Origin: Octopus vulgaris
Lineage: Eukaryota
Reading direction: 5' to 3'
DNA length: 64,000 nucleotides
Assembly: GCA_951406725.2 (NCBI GenBank)
Contig: OX597837.1
Span: forward strand, 3,782,001-3,846,000
Shown: positions 27,331 through 40,597 of the stretch, in pieces
Layout of the letters: each line of letters starts with the position of its first letter
Position numbering within the stretch: position 1 is the first letter of the stretch
Program-made: the position numbers and the translations under genes
Notes under the pieces: model-generated
Told to the model about the DNA's origin: nothing
What the model saw: only the letters and a program-made list of their open reading frames with translations
Databases searched by the model: none

Positions 27331-29175
27331 ATGGATTTGTCTGGTTGTCAGACCGGAGACGGGGAGATTTCGCCTGCCCTGATTGTGGAGATGTTAAGGG
27401 GCCAGATGGCGCAGACGGACGCGTTCATGGAAAGGATGGACAAGAGGCGACAGGGCCTGTGGGCATATCAGCGGGAGCTTGAGTTTGCGGATGGGTCAGC
27501 TTTGGAGGATCGGTGTTGGACCGGGGATAGCGACGGTCCTGTGGGCAGAGATTGCCCGTCGAACGAAGCATCGAGTGAAACAGATAGTGAAGGAAGTGTT
27601 GCGGAACCTGGGTTGGTTGCCGAAATCTGTGATGCTGGACCGGTAGTGTTTGTGGAAACTGAAGCGTATGTTGCTGAGCCCGATGTTAAGGAAACCGAAA
27701 AGCCTGTTGAAGGTGTTATGGCTGATGCTGTTGTTCCGTGTCTGGAGCCCTTGGCATCTCGACCCCTGTCTCTCGGAGCTCAGGACGAAGAGCTGGCGAG
27801 GTCTGGGGTGGATGTCGCTGAATCCGAGGTTCCGGCTCTGTGTGTGATGGTCGCGGCAGGTGTTATGCCGTGTGCGGGTCCTTTGGTGTCTGGACCCCTG
27901 TCTCTTGGGGCCCAGAGGGACTGTATGGTTCCCACTGTGGAGAGGCCACAGGCGTGGATGGACTGGCGGCCGAGCGTGTGTGTTGTGAGGCCTGCGGTAC
28001 GGAAGCTGGTGAGGAAAAGGACCAGGCCCGTTGACGAGGCGAGACGGCTGCGGATGGTGGTGGGTCCAGGAAGACTGCTTCAGCGTTGGGTGAGCTTTGT
28101 GGTTGATGGCTGTTTGGGGCCGGTGGAGCCCGACAGGCAGTGCATAGTAAAAGCTCAGTTGAGGGTCGGGTGGACCCTAGTAGAAGCAGAAGCTGGCGGA
28201 ACGCTGGCTGGGTCGGCCGATCTTTTGGAAGTGGCACAGGCGATTTGTAGAAGGCAAGTCGAGGAATCGAGCCAGATGGCGAACCAGTGGTGGGGCCAGT
28301 TCTGCCGATACGGCAACGCAGTTGAAGGAGATGTTGGCCCACTGATGCAGTTGAGGAAGCGGTCCGCAAGGAGTCGCTGGTGCTTTGTTGGCACTTGGGG
28401 GAGCTCTGTATTCGATGGTTGCGTGGGGCCGGTGGAGCCCGACATGCAGTGCGGAGTAAGAGCTCAATTGAGGGTCGGCTGGACCCTGGTGGAGGCAGAG
28501 GCCGACAGAGCGCTGGTTGGGTCGGCCGAGTTATTGAAGGCTGCGCAGGCGATTTGCAGAGGGCAAATCGTGGAACTGCGCCGGACGGTAAACCAGCGGC
28601 GGGGTCAGTTCTGCCGGTGCAGTGATGAAGTTAAGGGAGATCGTGGTCCGCTGATGCAGTTGAGGAGCGCAGGACGTTGGTCGCGAGGGTTGTTGGATGC
28701 TGGTCGCACGGACCTGGCAGAACGTTTCGTCGACCAAGGCGGTCGTCGCTTGAAGAAGCAGCGAGGCCGGAGGAAGGCCCCAGTACAGCAGCGCAAGAGG
28801 AGATATCGGCGACGGGGAGCAGTGAAAGGACAGAATGGTCCCTGGTCGTCAGTGATAATTGCGCGGAATGGGGATGGCACAGCGAGATGCTACGTGGGCT
28901 ATAGAGCCCTGAGGAAGGTGGCCACTGTGAAGGATTGGCCGGACCCTTCCTGTGTGAGGGATTTGAGGAACTTCCTTGGACGGTGCGCCTATTGTGGGCG
29001 GCTAGTAGGAAGCCTGGCGGCGTTGGCGGAGGTGTTACCCAAGCCGCAGAGGGAAGGTGCCAACCTGTGGCTGGTGCTGAAGTGGTGGCCGTTGGAGGTG
29101 AGACCCCCGGAGGAGAAACCACCCAAGGGGACCCCCAGCCCCTGGAGAGTCTGCTGCTCGGAGGTGCGAGTTTAG
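27331..29175 (+). CDS. Rearranged gag/pol-derived ORF lacking the RT catalytic core
   Basis: Open frame from ATG 27331 (track start 27295). RT remnants GPWSSVIIARNGDGTARCYVGYRAL and VKDWPDPSCVRDLRNFLGRCAY. No YxDD, RNase H or integrase seen. Internal ~90-aa duplication. Confidence 0.65.
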   Translation: MDLSGCQTGDGEISPALIVEMLRGQMAQTDAFMERMDKRRQGLWAYQRELEFADGSALEDRCWTGDSDGPVGRDCPSNEASSETDSEGSVAEPGLVAEICDAGPVVFVETEAYVAEPDVKETEKPVEGVMADAVVPCLEPLASRPLSLGAQDEELARSGVDVAESEVPALCVMVAAGVMPCAGPLVSGPLSLGAQRDCMVPTVERPQAWMDWRPSVCVVRPAVRKLVRKRTRPVDEARRLRMVVGPGRLLQRWVSFVVDGCLGPVEPDRQCIVKAQLRVGWTLVEAEAGGTLAGSADLLEVAQAICRRQVEESSQMANQWWGQFCRYGNAVEGDVGPLMQLRKRSARSRWCFVGTWGSSVFDGCVGPVEPDMQCGVRAQLRVGWTLVEAEADRALVGSAELLKAAQAICRGQIVELRRTVNQRRGQFCRCSDEVKGDRGPLMQLRSAGRWSRGLLDAGRTDLAERFVDQGGRRLKKQRGRRKAPVQQRKRRYRRRGAVKGQNGPWSSVIIARNGDGTARCYVGYRALRKVATVKDWPDPSCVRDLRNFLGRCAYCGRLVGSLAALAEVLPKPQREGANLWLVLKWWPLEVRPPEEKPPKGTPSPWRVCCSEVRV

Positions 29176-29203
29176 TATGTTTTTGTCGGGTCGACAAAAG
29201 CTT

Positions 29204-29216
29204 AGGTAGGGGGTAG
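29204..29216 (+). other. Polypurine tract
   Basis: aggtagggggtag immediately before the 3' LTR TG. Confidence 0.75.
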
Positions 29217-30348
29217 TGTTACGGGTTTAATTAGTGCAGTGTTTCTGACCCACATAGGAATAATGGCACCATCATGTCTGGTGAAAATGTGACGGGTTCT
29301 TTGTCTAATGGAGGACTGATGGGTTTTGGAATGACCTGTGACCTCGTGTGGTTGGTAAGAGGGTCAGTGAGAAGTGAAAGAAAAGGGACAGATTAAGGGC
29401 TGAGAGCAAATAGAGATAGAGTATAAGCAGTAAGGGACGGATGGAGAGGCTAAGGGATTGAGGCGATATAGATAGAGTAAGGAATCAGAGAGCAGTTAGA
29501 AAGGGTAGGAGCGATATAGACAGAGGGAGATGAGGGAGTGGAAGAAGGACAGAGACGAAGTGAGGTCTGGCAGTTGGTAGTTGGTCGTCGAAGAACACAG
29601 ACGGATCTTGCGGTCGGTTGAGCGGTCGTGGAAGAACACAGACGGATCTTGGACAGATCAGCAGGGATCTTGGGATTTGAGGAGCAAGCGATTGGAATAT
29701 GCAGAAGGGATATGTACAGAAGGATTTAGCAGTATTCGGAGGAATTGGCAGGATTGAGAGGAATGGGACACTGGCAGATTCAATTAGGAATTGAGGTATG
29801 TGTTGTGCATTGATATGTGTCACGGTGTATTGAACAGTGAAGAGAACAGTCAAGGACTCTGTCGATATGTCGATGATCGAGTTGTGGTATTTATGTTCAG
29901 AATTGAGTAAAGGACTTGTTGATGTGACTTTATCTGTGATGTTCAGAAAGAGACTTTAAAGAACTGTTGTCTTCGGACGTGTACTCTTGAAATGCTGTTG
30001 TATTATGCGTTGATCTGTTGCATGATGTATTGAGTAGTCACGTGCATGTCTTCCTTTAAATGTCTGCCTTAAATGTATTTGATGTTGTAACCATTGATTG
30101 TCGTATAAACTGTTGTTTGAATATAAGCCAGTGTCTCTGTTGCCTCTGTGCCTCTTTGGGTTGTATCTCGGGTTGTGCCTCTGTATCTCTGTGCTGAGGT
30201 TCTGGTTGCGGTTGTATCGCTCTCCTCTCTCCTCTTTGGGTTCCGTGGCGAACTGGTGGGCCGTTCGGGCGAGCGACGACGGGCGATTCCGTAACAATAT
30301 ATTTATATATATAAATAATATATACATATATGCATATATAGGTGCATG

Positions 30349-30417
<69 letters not shown>

Positions 30418-30419
30418 GC

Positions 30420-30720
30420 ATACATAGGTACAGGATGTCACCAACTGTAAACACCCTGAAATACGAAAACAAAAGAGTTCAATACGCAAGCAACGAGACA
30501 AACAAATGGAAAATAGGACAAGTTACATAAAGAAAGACCCTTCATCAGTAGTCAGCTGTCTATCTACTCCTCATTTCGAGCATTGAACGAAAATATTAGT
30601 CCTCGAAGACAGTTGCCCCCATAAGTACCAAAATAAAATTTGGGATTTATGGAAGGTGAAAGTTGGGAACTAAAAGAGGATAGTGGAGAAGTACAAGGAA
30701 ACTGAACGAAAACAAACATG
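30420..30720 (-). mobile_element. Penelope-like fragment, related to 9400-9610
   Basis: Shared aaagacccttcatcagt...atttcgagcatt block in both copies. Confidence 0.45.
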
Positions 30721-31071
30721 AAGAGTCGGCAGACCAGAAGGACGGTAAAATAGCGAAAGCTGGAGAAATATTTTCTTTGATATGAGAAAAGATAGACGAG
30801 AGAGATATAGGATACTTCCAATCTATAGGACAGCGCTGAAAGTAAAAAAGATGATTATGTGAGGAAAAGAAAGATGGACGATGGTCACGTGTGAGCAACG
30901 AGAGAGAGAGAGAGAGAGTGAGTAAAGGAGAAAGAGGGGAGAGAGAGACAGATAGAAAACGGTGGAGGAGAAAATAGGAATTAGAGAAAGGATGAGAGAG
31001 AAAATAATAGAGGGGAACACAGTATATATTCACAAACACACGCACACACAGACACACGCACACACACATAT

Positions 31072-31320
31072 ATTTAAAGAATAAGGATAAACTGCAGAGA
31101 TAATTAATAAAATTATTTATTAATTATAAAATATGACAACATCTCTGACAGCCTAATCGGTATCTCTTTACTACATCTGAAAAAATGCGTCTTATAATGA
31201 TTTTAATTTTATACATTAATTATCTTTAGATTTATGAATCGAAACAGCTGTCAGAGATGATATATTCATAATTAATAAATAATTTTATTAAATACCTCTC
31301 CACTTTATCCTTATTCTTTA

Positions 31321-31323
<3 letters not shown>
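31072..31323. mobile_element. Fold-back mini-element with hammerhead half-motif
   Basis: Arms ~31072-31152 and 31247-31322 are inverted; GAAACAGCTGTC at 31241; core degenerate. Confidence 0.6.
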
Positions 31324-31372
<49 letters not shown>

Positions 31373-31375
<3 letters not shown>

Positions 31376-31785
31376 TCTCTTTAATCTTTTACTTGTTTCA
31401 GTCATTTGACTGCGGCCATGCTGGAGCACCGCCTTTAGTCAAGCAAATCGACCCCGGGACTTATTCTTTGTAAGCCCAGTAGTTATTCTATCGGTCTCTT
31501 TTGCCGAACCGCTATATAACGGGGACATAAACACACCAGCATCGGTTGTCAAGCAATGCTATGGGGACAAACACAGACACACAAACACACACACACATAC
31601 ATATATACATGTATATATACATATATACGACAGGCTTCTTTCAGTTTCCGTCTACCAAATCCACTCACAAGGCTTTGGTCGGCCTGGGGCTATAGCAGAA
31701 GATACTTGCCCAAGATGCCACGCAGTGGGACTGAACCCGGGACAATGTGGTTGGTAAACAAGCTACTTACCACACAGCCACTCCT
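31373..31785 (-). mobile_element. SINE family B
   Basis: Full-length match to the other copies. Confidence 0.9.
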
Positions 31786-32101
31786 ACTGTATATATATGT
31801 ATATATAATTAATTAATAAGGGTGAGAGAATTAGATACTAATTTAATAGTATATTTATTCCACACCAAGTGGCCTAGTGCTACGAGAAACCTGGATTATT
31901 ATAATATTTTATAACATATTATAATATTTTCACAAAATAAATATAAGAGAGTGGTCAATATATATATATATTAACCACGGTTTATATGGTTGCTTTATAG
32001 TTGAACTTTCTATAGATTGGTAACTAACCTGTATTTTCATTTGATTTATTATCCCTTAATGAGGTTTATCAACTTTACTTGATTATAAACACACACACAT
32101 A

Positions 32102-32143
<42 letters not shown>

Positions 32144-32171
32144 CATACATACACACACATATATATATATA

Positions 32172-32265
32172 TCTTTATATATAAAAGAGAGGTTGTGCGC
32201 TGTCTGTCTCCTACGATTTAGATTCCTAACTACTCCCACATTTTGCGGTGCAGTTTAATCAAAAA
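32172..32265 (+). mobile_element. Helitron 5'-terminal fragment
   Basis: A|TCtttatatataaaagagagg...; reverse complement of 22700-22790. Confidence 0.75.
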
Positions 32266-32348
32266 GGGCTGATTAGACAGAAATAGAGTCGTACAAGATT
32301 TAGAAAAATGTATACTTACATATAAGAGACCAAAGTGTACTTACGCCG

Positions 32349-32539
<191 letters not shown>

Positions 32540-32628
32540 TAATAAATATTAGGGAATAAATCCAAACTTACAGGGAAAAATCAGATTTAGGATTGAATCC
32601 AATTTATAGTAAAATATTATATTATAAT

Positions 32629-32826
32629 AAATTAGAGACAAAACCACTAATATGCAAATCAAACAAAGAAAGACTTAATCCAATACATAAATTAATTTAT
32701 ATTATTTTGAAATTTAACAATTATTAATATCCACTACGAATTGTTAAATTTTAAAATAATATAAATTAATTTATGTATTGGATTAAGTCTTTCTTTGTTT
32801 GATTTGCATAATAGTGGTTTTGTCTC

Positions 32827-32832
<6 letters not shown>
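32629..32832. repeat. Near-perfect ~93-bp-arm palindrome
   Basis: aattagagacaaaaccact...aatttaacaatt, 16-nt loop, then aattgttaaatt...agtggttttgtctctaatt. Confidence 0.9.
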
Positions 32833-32911
<79 letters not shown>

Positions 32912-32915
<4 letters not shown>

Positions 32916-33316
32916 AGGAGTGGCTGTGTGGTAAGTAGCTTGGTTCAGGGTTCAGTCCCACTGCGTGGCATCTTGGGCAGGTGTCTTCTGCTATAGACCC
33001 AGGCCGACCAATGCCTTGTGAGTGGATTTGGTAGACGGAAACTGAAAGAAGCCTGTTGTATATGTATATATATCTATATATATGTGTGTGTGTGTATTTG
33101 TGTGTATATGTTTGTCCCCCTAGCATTGCTTGACAACCGATGCTGGTGTGTTTACGTCCCCGTAACTTAGCGGTTCGGCAAAAGAGACCGATAGAATAAG
33201 TACTGGGCTTACAAAGAATTAGTCCTGGGGTCGATTTGCTCGACTAAAGGCGGTGATCCAGCATGGCCGCAGTCAAATGACTGAAACAAGTAAAGGAGTA
33301 AAAGAGTAAAAAGAGT
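32912..33316 (+). mobile_element. SINE family B
   Basis: Head and tail match. Confidence 0.9.
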
Positions 33317-33691
33317 ATATATATATATATATATATATATATGAATATATATATATATATGTGTGTATGTGTGTCTGTATATCTACAGATCAATGGGTGT
33401 TTTGTTTATATTTGTCCTTTATCACCACCGCTTTACAAGTGGTGGCTTTTTTGCGTCCCCGTAAAGAACCTAGCGGTTCGGCAAAAAGTGGACTGATGGA
33501 GTAAGTACCAGGCTTAGAAAAAAGTAATCGGTGCATTAGCAAAGAATCCTATTTCCTCGCGAGATATAAACCCCTTCTGAATGCTTACACCACAGACACG
33601 ACACTTCTACAAGCATCTTAGAACAACAAATATTCAGGACAATCACTACGCGTGAATTTATTCAGAACTAAACCAATCACAGCTGCTACAA

Positions 33692-35085
33692 CCACGACAG
33701 TTTCACTTTTAAGTCACTTGGTCTTTTCCCGTCTTCTCCTTCTTCTTCTTCTTCTTCTTCTTCTTCTTCTTCTTCTTCTTCTTCTTCTTCTTCTTCTTCT
33801 TCTTCTCCTTCTTCTTCTTCTTCTTTTTCTCCTTCTTCTCCTTCTTCTTCTTCTTCTTCTTCTTCGTCTTCTTCTTCTTCGTCTTCTTCTTCTTCTTCTT
33901 CTTCTTCTTCTTCTTCTTCTTCTTCTTCTTCTTCTTCTTCGTCTTCTTCTCCTTTTTCTTCTTCTTCTTCTTCTTCTTCTTCTTCTTCTTCTTCTTCGTC
34001 TTCTTCTTCTTCTTCTTCTCCTTCTTCTTCGTCGTCTCCTTCTTCTTCTTCTTCTTCTTCTTCTTCTTCTTCTTCTTCTTCTCCTTTTTCTTCTTCTTCT
34101 TCTTCTTCTTCTTTTTCTTCTTCTTCTTCTCCTTTTTCTTCTTCTTCTCCTTCTTCTTCTTCTTCCTCTTCTCCTTCTTCTTCTTCTTCTTCTTCTTCTG
34201 CTCCTTCTTCTTCTTCTTCTTCTCATTCTTCTTCTTCTTCTTCTTCTTCTTCTTCGTCGTCGTCTCCTTCTTCTTCTTCTTCTTCTTCTTCTTCTTCTTC
34301 TCCTTCTTCTTCTTCTTCTTCTTCTTCTTCTTCTTCTCCTTCTTTCTTCTTCTTTTCTTCTTCTTCTTCTTCTTCTTCTTCTTCTTCTTCTTCTACCTCT
34401 CCTTCTTCTTCTCCTTCTTCTCCTTCTTCTCATTCTCCTTCTTCTTCTTCTTCTTCTTCTTCTTCTTCTTCTACCTCTCCTTCTTCTTCTCCTTCTTCTC
34501 CTTCTTCTCATTCTCCTTCTTCTTCTTCTTCTTCTTCTTCTTCTTCTTCTTCGTCTTCTACTTATTTTTCTTTTTCTTCTTTTTCTTCTTTTTCTTCTTC
34601 TTCTTCTTCTTCTTCTTCTTCTTCTTCTTCTTCTCCTTCTTCTTCTTCTTCTTCTTCTTCTTCTCCTTCTTCTTCTTCTTCTTCTTCTTCTCCTTCTTCT
34701 TCTTCTTCTTTTTCTCCTTCTTCCTCTTCTCTTCTTCTTCTTCTTCTTCTTCTTCTTCTTCTCTTTCTTCTTCTTCATCTTCTCCTTCTTGTTCTTCTCC
34801 TTCTCATTCTTCTCATTCCTCTTCTTCTTCTTCTTCTTCTTCGTCTTCTACTTATTATTCTTTTTCTTTTTCTTCTTCTTCTTCTCCTTCCACGACAGTT
34901 TCACTTATAAGTCACTTGGTCTTTTCCCGTCTTCTTCTTCTTCTTTTTCTTCTTCTTCTTCTCCTTCTCCTTCTTCTTCTCCTTCTTCTTCTTCTTCTTC
35001 TCCTCCTTCTTCTTCTTTTTCTTCTTCTTCTTCTTCTTCTTCTTCTTCTTCTTCTTCTTCTTCTTCTTCTTCTTCTTCTTCTTCT
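33692..35085. repeat. (CTT)n polypyrimidine array, two blocks each preceded by the same 44-bp anchor
   Basis: ccacgacagtttcactt(t/a)taagtcacttggtcttttcccgtcttct at 33692 and 34890. Confidence 0.9.
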
Positions 35086-35446
35086 CGCCGTTTCCTTCCT
35101 CGTCTGCTGCCGCTGCTGCTTAAACAATCAAATCCTAGAACGATCATCCCCCATTTTAACAGCTACTAGTTTCCGAGCATTCACAAAAATAACGGAGAAA
35201 GAAAGAGAAAAAAAGAAAAAAAAAGCCCAAAAACAACAACAAGAAAAGCATTTCATTGAATTTTTCCACAATTTAATTGTATCTCTTGCTTTATTATAAG
35301 GTGAAAAAGTCGTAAAGACTGGAATCGGTGCTAAAATGTTCTTCATGATAAAATTATTTTAGAATTTCCTACCTTGTCTTATTTTCCTTATACGTATCAA
35401 CTTGTGAGTTCCTCTTCAATCTCTCTCTCTCTCTGTTATATATATG

Positions 35447-35517
<71 letters not shown>

Positions 35518-35623
35518 AATATATATGCGTGTTTATATATATATATACATATATATATGTGTGTGTTTATATATATATATATATAAGCTGCGTTTTTATT
35601 TTAATTATTTGTTTATTTTAATT

Positions 35624-35673
<50 letters not shown>

Positions 35674-36334
35674 GTGTGTGTTTGTGTGTGTGTGTGTCTT
35701 TCATATGTGTGTAGACATATTGACTTAGTGGCTTATTTTTAACCATTGTAACCTAATAAACAGCTAAGCGGAAACCTGAAGTCCTAGCCAACTTTTCTTT
35801 GCTTAATGAATTTCACGCTATTGTTGGCATGAGATTTGACTGTCAAGAAATTATTTTTTTTCCCCAAGAATTTTATTGATGAACAATGATAAACCTTACA
35901 CAAATACACACACAGACACAAACACACACACACACTCTCTCTCTCTCTTTCTCTCTCTTTCACAGAGACACTTTCTCACATATAACTCTTACATTTTACT
36001 TGTTTTAGTTCTTAGACTAAGGCCATGCTAAAGCATCTCCACTAAGTCAATCGACGTTTTATTTTTGCTATTAAACGACCTATTTACGAGTGCGTAAAGG
36101 AACCAACACCGTTTATCAAACAATGGCGTGGAGGCGAGTGTTAGAAGAAGGCACATTACCACACAGATACTTTTAGACGTTTAGGTAAATATGTATGCAT
36201 ATATTTGTATATATATAAATATATATGTATATATAGTTAATCCAAACAAGAAAGCACAAAAAAAACACAACAACGGGAGGACGCGGAACAAATATAGTAT
36301 TATTGGACGCTCAGGAAAGAAGGAAAGAAGGATG

Positions 36335-36369
36335 GTTTAACGTTTCGAGCGGAGCTCTTCGTCGGAAAC
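36335..36369 (-). ncRNA. Hammerhead, family H1, U4C variant
   Basis: Minus strand GTTT CCGACGA A GAGC-TCC-GCTC GAA ACGT T|AAAC. Confidence 0.65.
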
Positions 36370-36558
36370 ATAGGAGAAGGAAAGATCCAGAGAAGGGAAG
36401 ACAGAGGAAAAAATCGCCAACGGTACACACGCGATATATATGTAGAAGAGCGTAGGCTCGAAACGTAAAATACTTTTTCTATTCCTGAGCGTTATACTAA
36501 TACATCTGTTTGTTTTGTACACCACCTGTCTTCGTCTTTGGTTTTTTTCGTAAACTCT

Positions 36559-36606
<48 letters not shown>

Positions 36607-37252
36607 GTAAAATAAAAAAAAAATATATGTATTCATACATACATACATACATTCATATATGCATGAGAGAGAGAGAGATGAAATTTTACTGAAAAATAAA
36701 TAGATGTAATAAAAAACCTTCAACCAAACTTCAGCAACAAGTAGTTAAAATCATTTAAAGGAAGCGTATTCTCTTAGCGGTAGATATTTATAGGGTTTGA
36801 AAGTAGATCGGTTTCAAATGTTGATAACAAGTGCTGCGAATGACACTTGTACTTTGATTGCGTATGTGTACACACACACACACACACACACATATATACA
36901 TATATATATATATATATGTATATATCTATGTATGTATGTATATATGTATGTATGTATGTATGGTTGTATGTATGTATGTATGTATGTATGTATATATGTA
37001 TGTATGTGTGTATGCATGTATGTGTGTATGTATGTATGTATGCATATATGTATGTATGTGTGTATGTATGTATGTATGTATGTGTGTATGTGTGTATGTA
37101 TGTATGATTGTATAATTTTATGGAGACATCAGTATTTTCAAGTGGCTTCAATGGACTTGAATTCACGTGGTTCTGAAGCACATTTCTTAACATTCGGTTA
37201 TGTTGTGTGCTTGTGTTTGTGTGAGTGGCTTTTCACATGAAAATATATACGT

Positions 37253-37438
37253 GTACTCTTGTACTCTTTTACTTGTTTCAGTCATTTGACTGCGGCCATG
37301 CTGGAGCACCGCCTTTAGTCGATCAAATCGAGTCCAGGACTTATTCTTTTTGTAAGTCTAGTACTTATTCTATCGGTCTCTTTTGCCGAACCGCTAAGTA
37401 ACGTGGACGTAAACACACCAGCATCGGTTGTCAAGCGA
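37253..37438 (-). mobile_element. SINE family B 3' half
   Basis: Tail match. Confidence 0.85.
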
Positions 37439-37531
37439 TTTATGCAGTAATACACATACCCACATGCATATATGTATATGATGGACTCACAGACACACAC
37501 ACACACACACACATGTATATGTATGTGTATG

Positions 37532-37566
<35 letters not shown>

Positions 37567-37639
37567 TAATGTGTATGTATCTATATATATTTATCTATTT
37601 AGCTCTCCATACAGACAAGGTGCAATACTGACCGTTTTG

Positions 37640-37678
<39 letters not shown>

Positions 37679-37694
37679 TATAACACACACACAA

Positions 37695-37768
<74 letters not shown>

Positions 37769-37861
37769 GCACACAATAAAAGCATAAGAGTTCTTTATCA
37801 GGTAAATTATCATTTTTGTAACTGATATGCTTCTCTCTCTCTCTCACTCTCTCTCTCTGTC

Positions 37862-37893
<32 letters not shown>

Positions 37894-38329
37894 AAATTAT
37901 ATTTTCAAAGACATAACTATCTACCACAAAGAAATACAGCGCCTTAAGTTGGTTTTGAATATTTTATAAGAATCCTTATGAAATCAAAAGCTATCTATGA
38001 AGTTAACCAAAATGGCAAAAGAAAAAAAATCTACTATTTCCGAGAAAACTTACTAAAAATCATATTAATTCCTTTCCTAAAGTGATGTCTGTTGAACTAG
38101 AAGTTGGTGATAAGACAGCCACTTTAACACTTTTAGAAGTGTTACTTTACATTAAAATTATCAACAGATTCATTTGTTTAATAGTCTTTTGATTTGAATA
38201 TAAATCTAATTCTGTTTACACTATGGTACAGTAGTTAGTCAAAATGTACGATTTTGTTATAAGTACATTAAAAAGATGTATATTATATGTCTACATATGT
38301 GTGTCTACACATATATGCATACAATATAA

Positions 38330-38560
38330 GGCGTGAGCTGGCAGAAACGTTAGCACGCCGGGCGAAATGCTGAGCGGTATTTCGTCTGCCGCTGCGTTCT
38401 GAGTTCAAATTCCGCCGAGGTCTACTTTACCTTTCATCCTTTAGGTGTCGATAAATTAAGTACCAGTGACACAATGGGGTCGATGTAATCGACTTAATCC
38501 GTTTGTTTGTCCCTGTTTGTCCCCTCTATGTTTAGCCCCTTGTGGGCAATAAAGAAATAA
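38330..38560 (+). mobile_element. SINE family C
   Basis: gagctggcagaaacgttagcacgccgggcgaaatg head, B-box-like gagttcaaattcc, ctttcatcctt...gtcgataaattaagtaccag core; copy at 62004. Confidence 0.85.
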
Positions 38561-38749
38561 TATATGCATATAATATATATATATATATACACACACATGT
38601 ACATGCAATATATACATGTATGTGATATATAGTACTATATGTATATATTATATTTTATATATATATATATGTATATATTGTAGTTTTATATAAATATATA
38701 TGTATATATTATATTTTATATAAATATATATGTATATATTGTAGTTTAT

Positions 38750-39115
38750 AACCACATGGTTCAGGGTTCAGTCCCACTGCGTGGCACCTTGGGAAAGTGT
38801 CTTCTACTATAGCCTCGGGCCGACCAAAGCCTTGTGAGTGGATTTGGTAGGCGGAAACTGAAAGAAGCCCGTCGTATATATGTATATATATATATATATG
38901 TGTGTATGTTTGTGTTGTGTTTGTCCCCCCACCCCAAACATCGCTTGACAACCGATGCTGGTGTGTTTATGTCCCAGTCACGGTTCGACAAAAGAGACCG
39001 ATAGAATAAGTACTGGGCTTACAAAGAATAAGTCCCGGGGTCGAGTTGCTCGATTAAAGGCGGTGCTCCAGCATGGCCGCAGTCAAATGACTGAAACAAG
39101 TAAGAGAGAGAGAGT
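38750..39115 (+). mobile_element. SINE family B, 5'-truncated
   Basis: Sequence match. Confidence 0.88.
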
Positions 39116-39129
39116 ATATGTTAATAGCA

Positions 39130-39575
39130 CTTACAAGGAGGTGTATTTTCCACTCACCAAAGTGAGTGGAGCTTTGGCCAGGAGGAACTAGTATCATTAG
39201 ACGGTATCTAATGCTTATCGGGTATTTCGGCCTTGAACTGTAACACCCCACCCACCTGGTAGGTCAGCAGTGGTGGCTAAATCATAGTTCCTCCTCTCCT
39301 CCTGGTTTCCAGCTTAACACTTCTCTCCTCTTCCAAAGTCAGCAAGAGGCATTTTCAGCTGTCTCTCCCTTCCTGCGCACAGCCACCCTTCGCTCTTTTC
39401 TTCTCATTCTAATGGCTGTAAGCATCCTCAATGTCGATTGCTCGGAGAAACACCTATAGCCAACCTCCACCAGGAAAAGCCATAATTTCCATCCTTTCTT
39501 CCTGCAATCCTGCAGATGGCTCTCATATTTGGCACGCTCCTCTTCGTGTGCCTCATCACGCCCCTCTTCCTATGG
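39130..39575 (-). mobile_element. Hero-like (REL endonuclease) LINE 3' end
   Basis: Minus frame reads EEGRDEAHEEERAKYESHLQDCRKKGWKLWLFLVEVGYRCF...AENASC*LWKRREVLSW; not present in the ORF track. Confidence 0.75.
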
Positions 39576-40554
39576 GATTGTGGGATTCATTAAGATCCTT
39601 TTCTAGGTCTTTTCAGAGAACTGAACCACATTTGGCCTCAGGGGTGTTCCTCCCGGTAGTGGCTATAGCGAAAGAGGTTGCATAGTGTACGAGGCTGAAA
39701 GGATTGAGAAAGGATTCCTGCCTCTTCGGTCAACTCCTCATCAACTTTTTAAAGTTACACTTGAAAGAAAAAGTGAGGATGGAGAAGGAATTGTTAACTG
39801 GGAATCTCTTCACTGGCAATTTGCGAAATGATGGGTGACTGTGGCGAAAATTTTAATAGTCCTACTCTAAGCAAGCGCATGTAGATTGGGGACCGACAGT
39901 TTGGCGACAGCTCGTGCCATTAGTGATCCAAGTAATTCTAGATCGGTGCGGTTCATTGATTAGCCTTAGTTGGAGTCTCTCTTAATATTAATAATGATAT
40001 AATTTTACGTTACTTTCAACCACACAAGCGTTAGTTTTCTTCTCAGTTCACAATACTGCATAACTAAAATATCTAATGTTGAATGAACCCAACACTTTCT
40101 ATTCTCCTTTTAGTTGTTTCAGTAATTGGACTGCGACCATACTGTAGCACCACTCTGGGTGGGGGGTGGTTGTAAGTCGACGAAAATGATATCACTAATT
40201 GTTTCTTTTTAAAATATGGCACGTATTTTAGAGATGGCTTTTGGGGAACAGTTTCTGTGTCACAAATTCACTGGTAAAGTATTAGCCTGTCTGGGGCTAT
40301 GATATGCAACATATGCCAATGGTACATGCAGCAGAATCAATCTGGCATCACGGGGCTGTGGAGAGAACTTCTTAACTACACAACCATGTCTGCTGCGGTA
40401 ATTAGAAGTAAAAATCATACTTTATGTTATAAGCAAAATCGATAAAATAATATTACAGAATTCTTTCACTGTTATTCGTTTCACTTCGAACAAAGTCTTC
40501 ATTACACAGACACACCCATACACATATCAAACACACATACACATATCAATACGA

Positions 40555-40597
<43 letters not shown>

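Larger units (their letters stand above)
26754..30296 (+). mobile_element. Non-autonomous Gypsy-type LTR retrotransposon
   Basis: Truncated 5' LTR 26754-27266 is nearly identical to 29797-30296. Complete 3' LTR 29217-30296 (TGTTACGG...CCGTAACA). PBS, PPT and internal ORF are present. Confidence 0.92.

Noticed and set aside
33652-35169. 505-aa poly-Leu and 354-aa poly-Arg ORFs
   Set aside because: (CTT)n repeat that simply lacks stop codons
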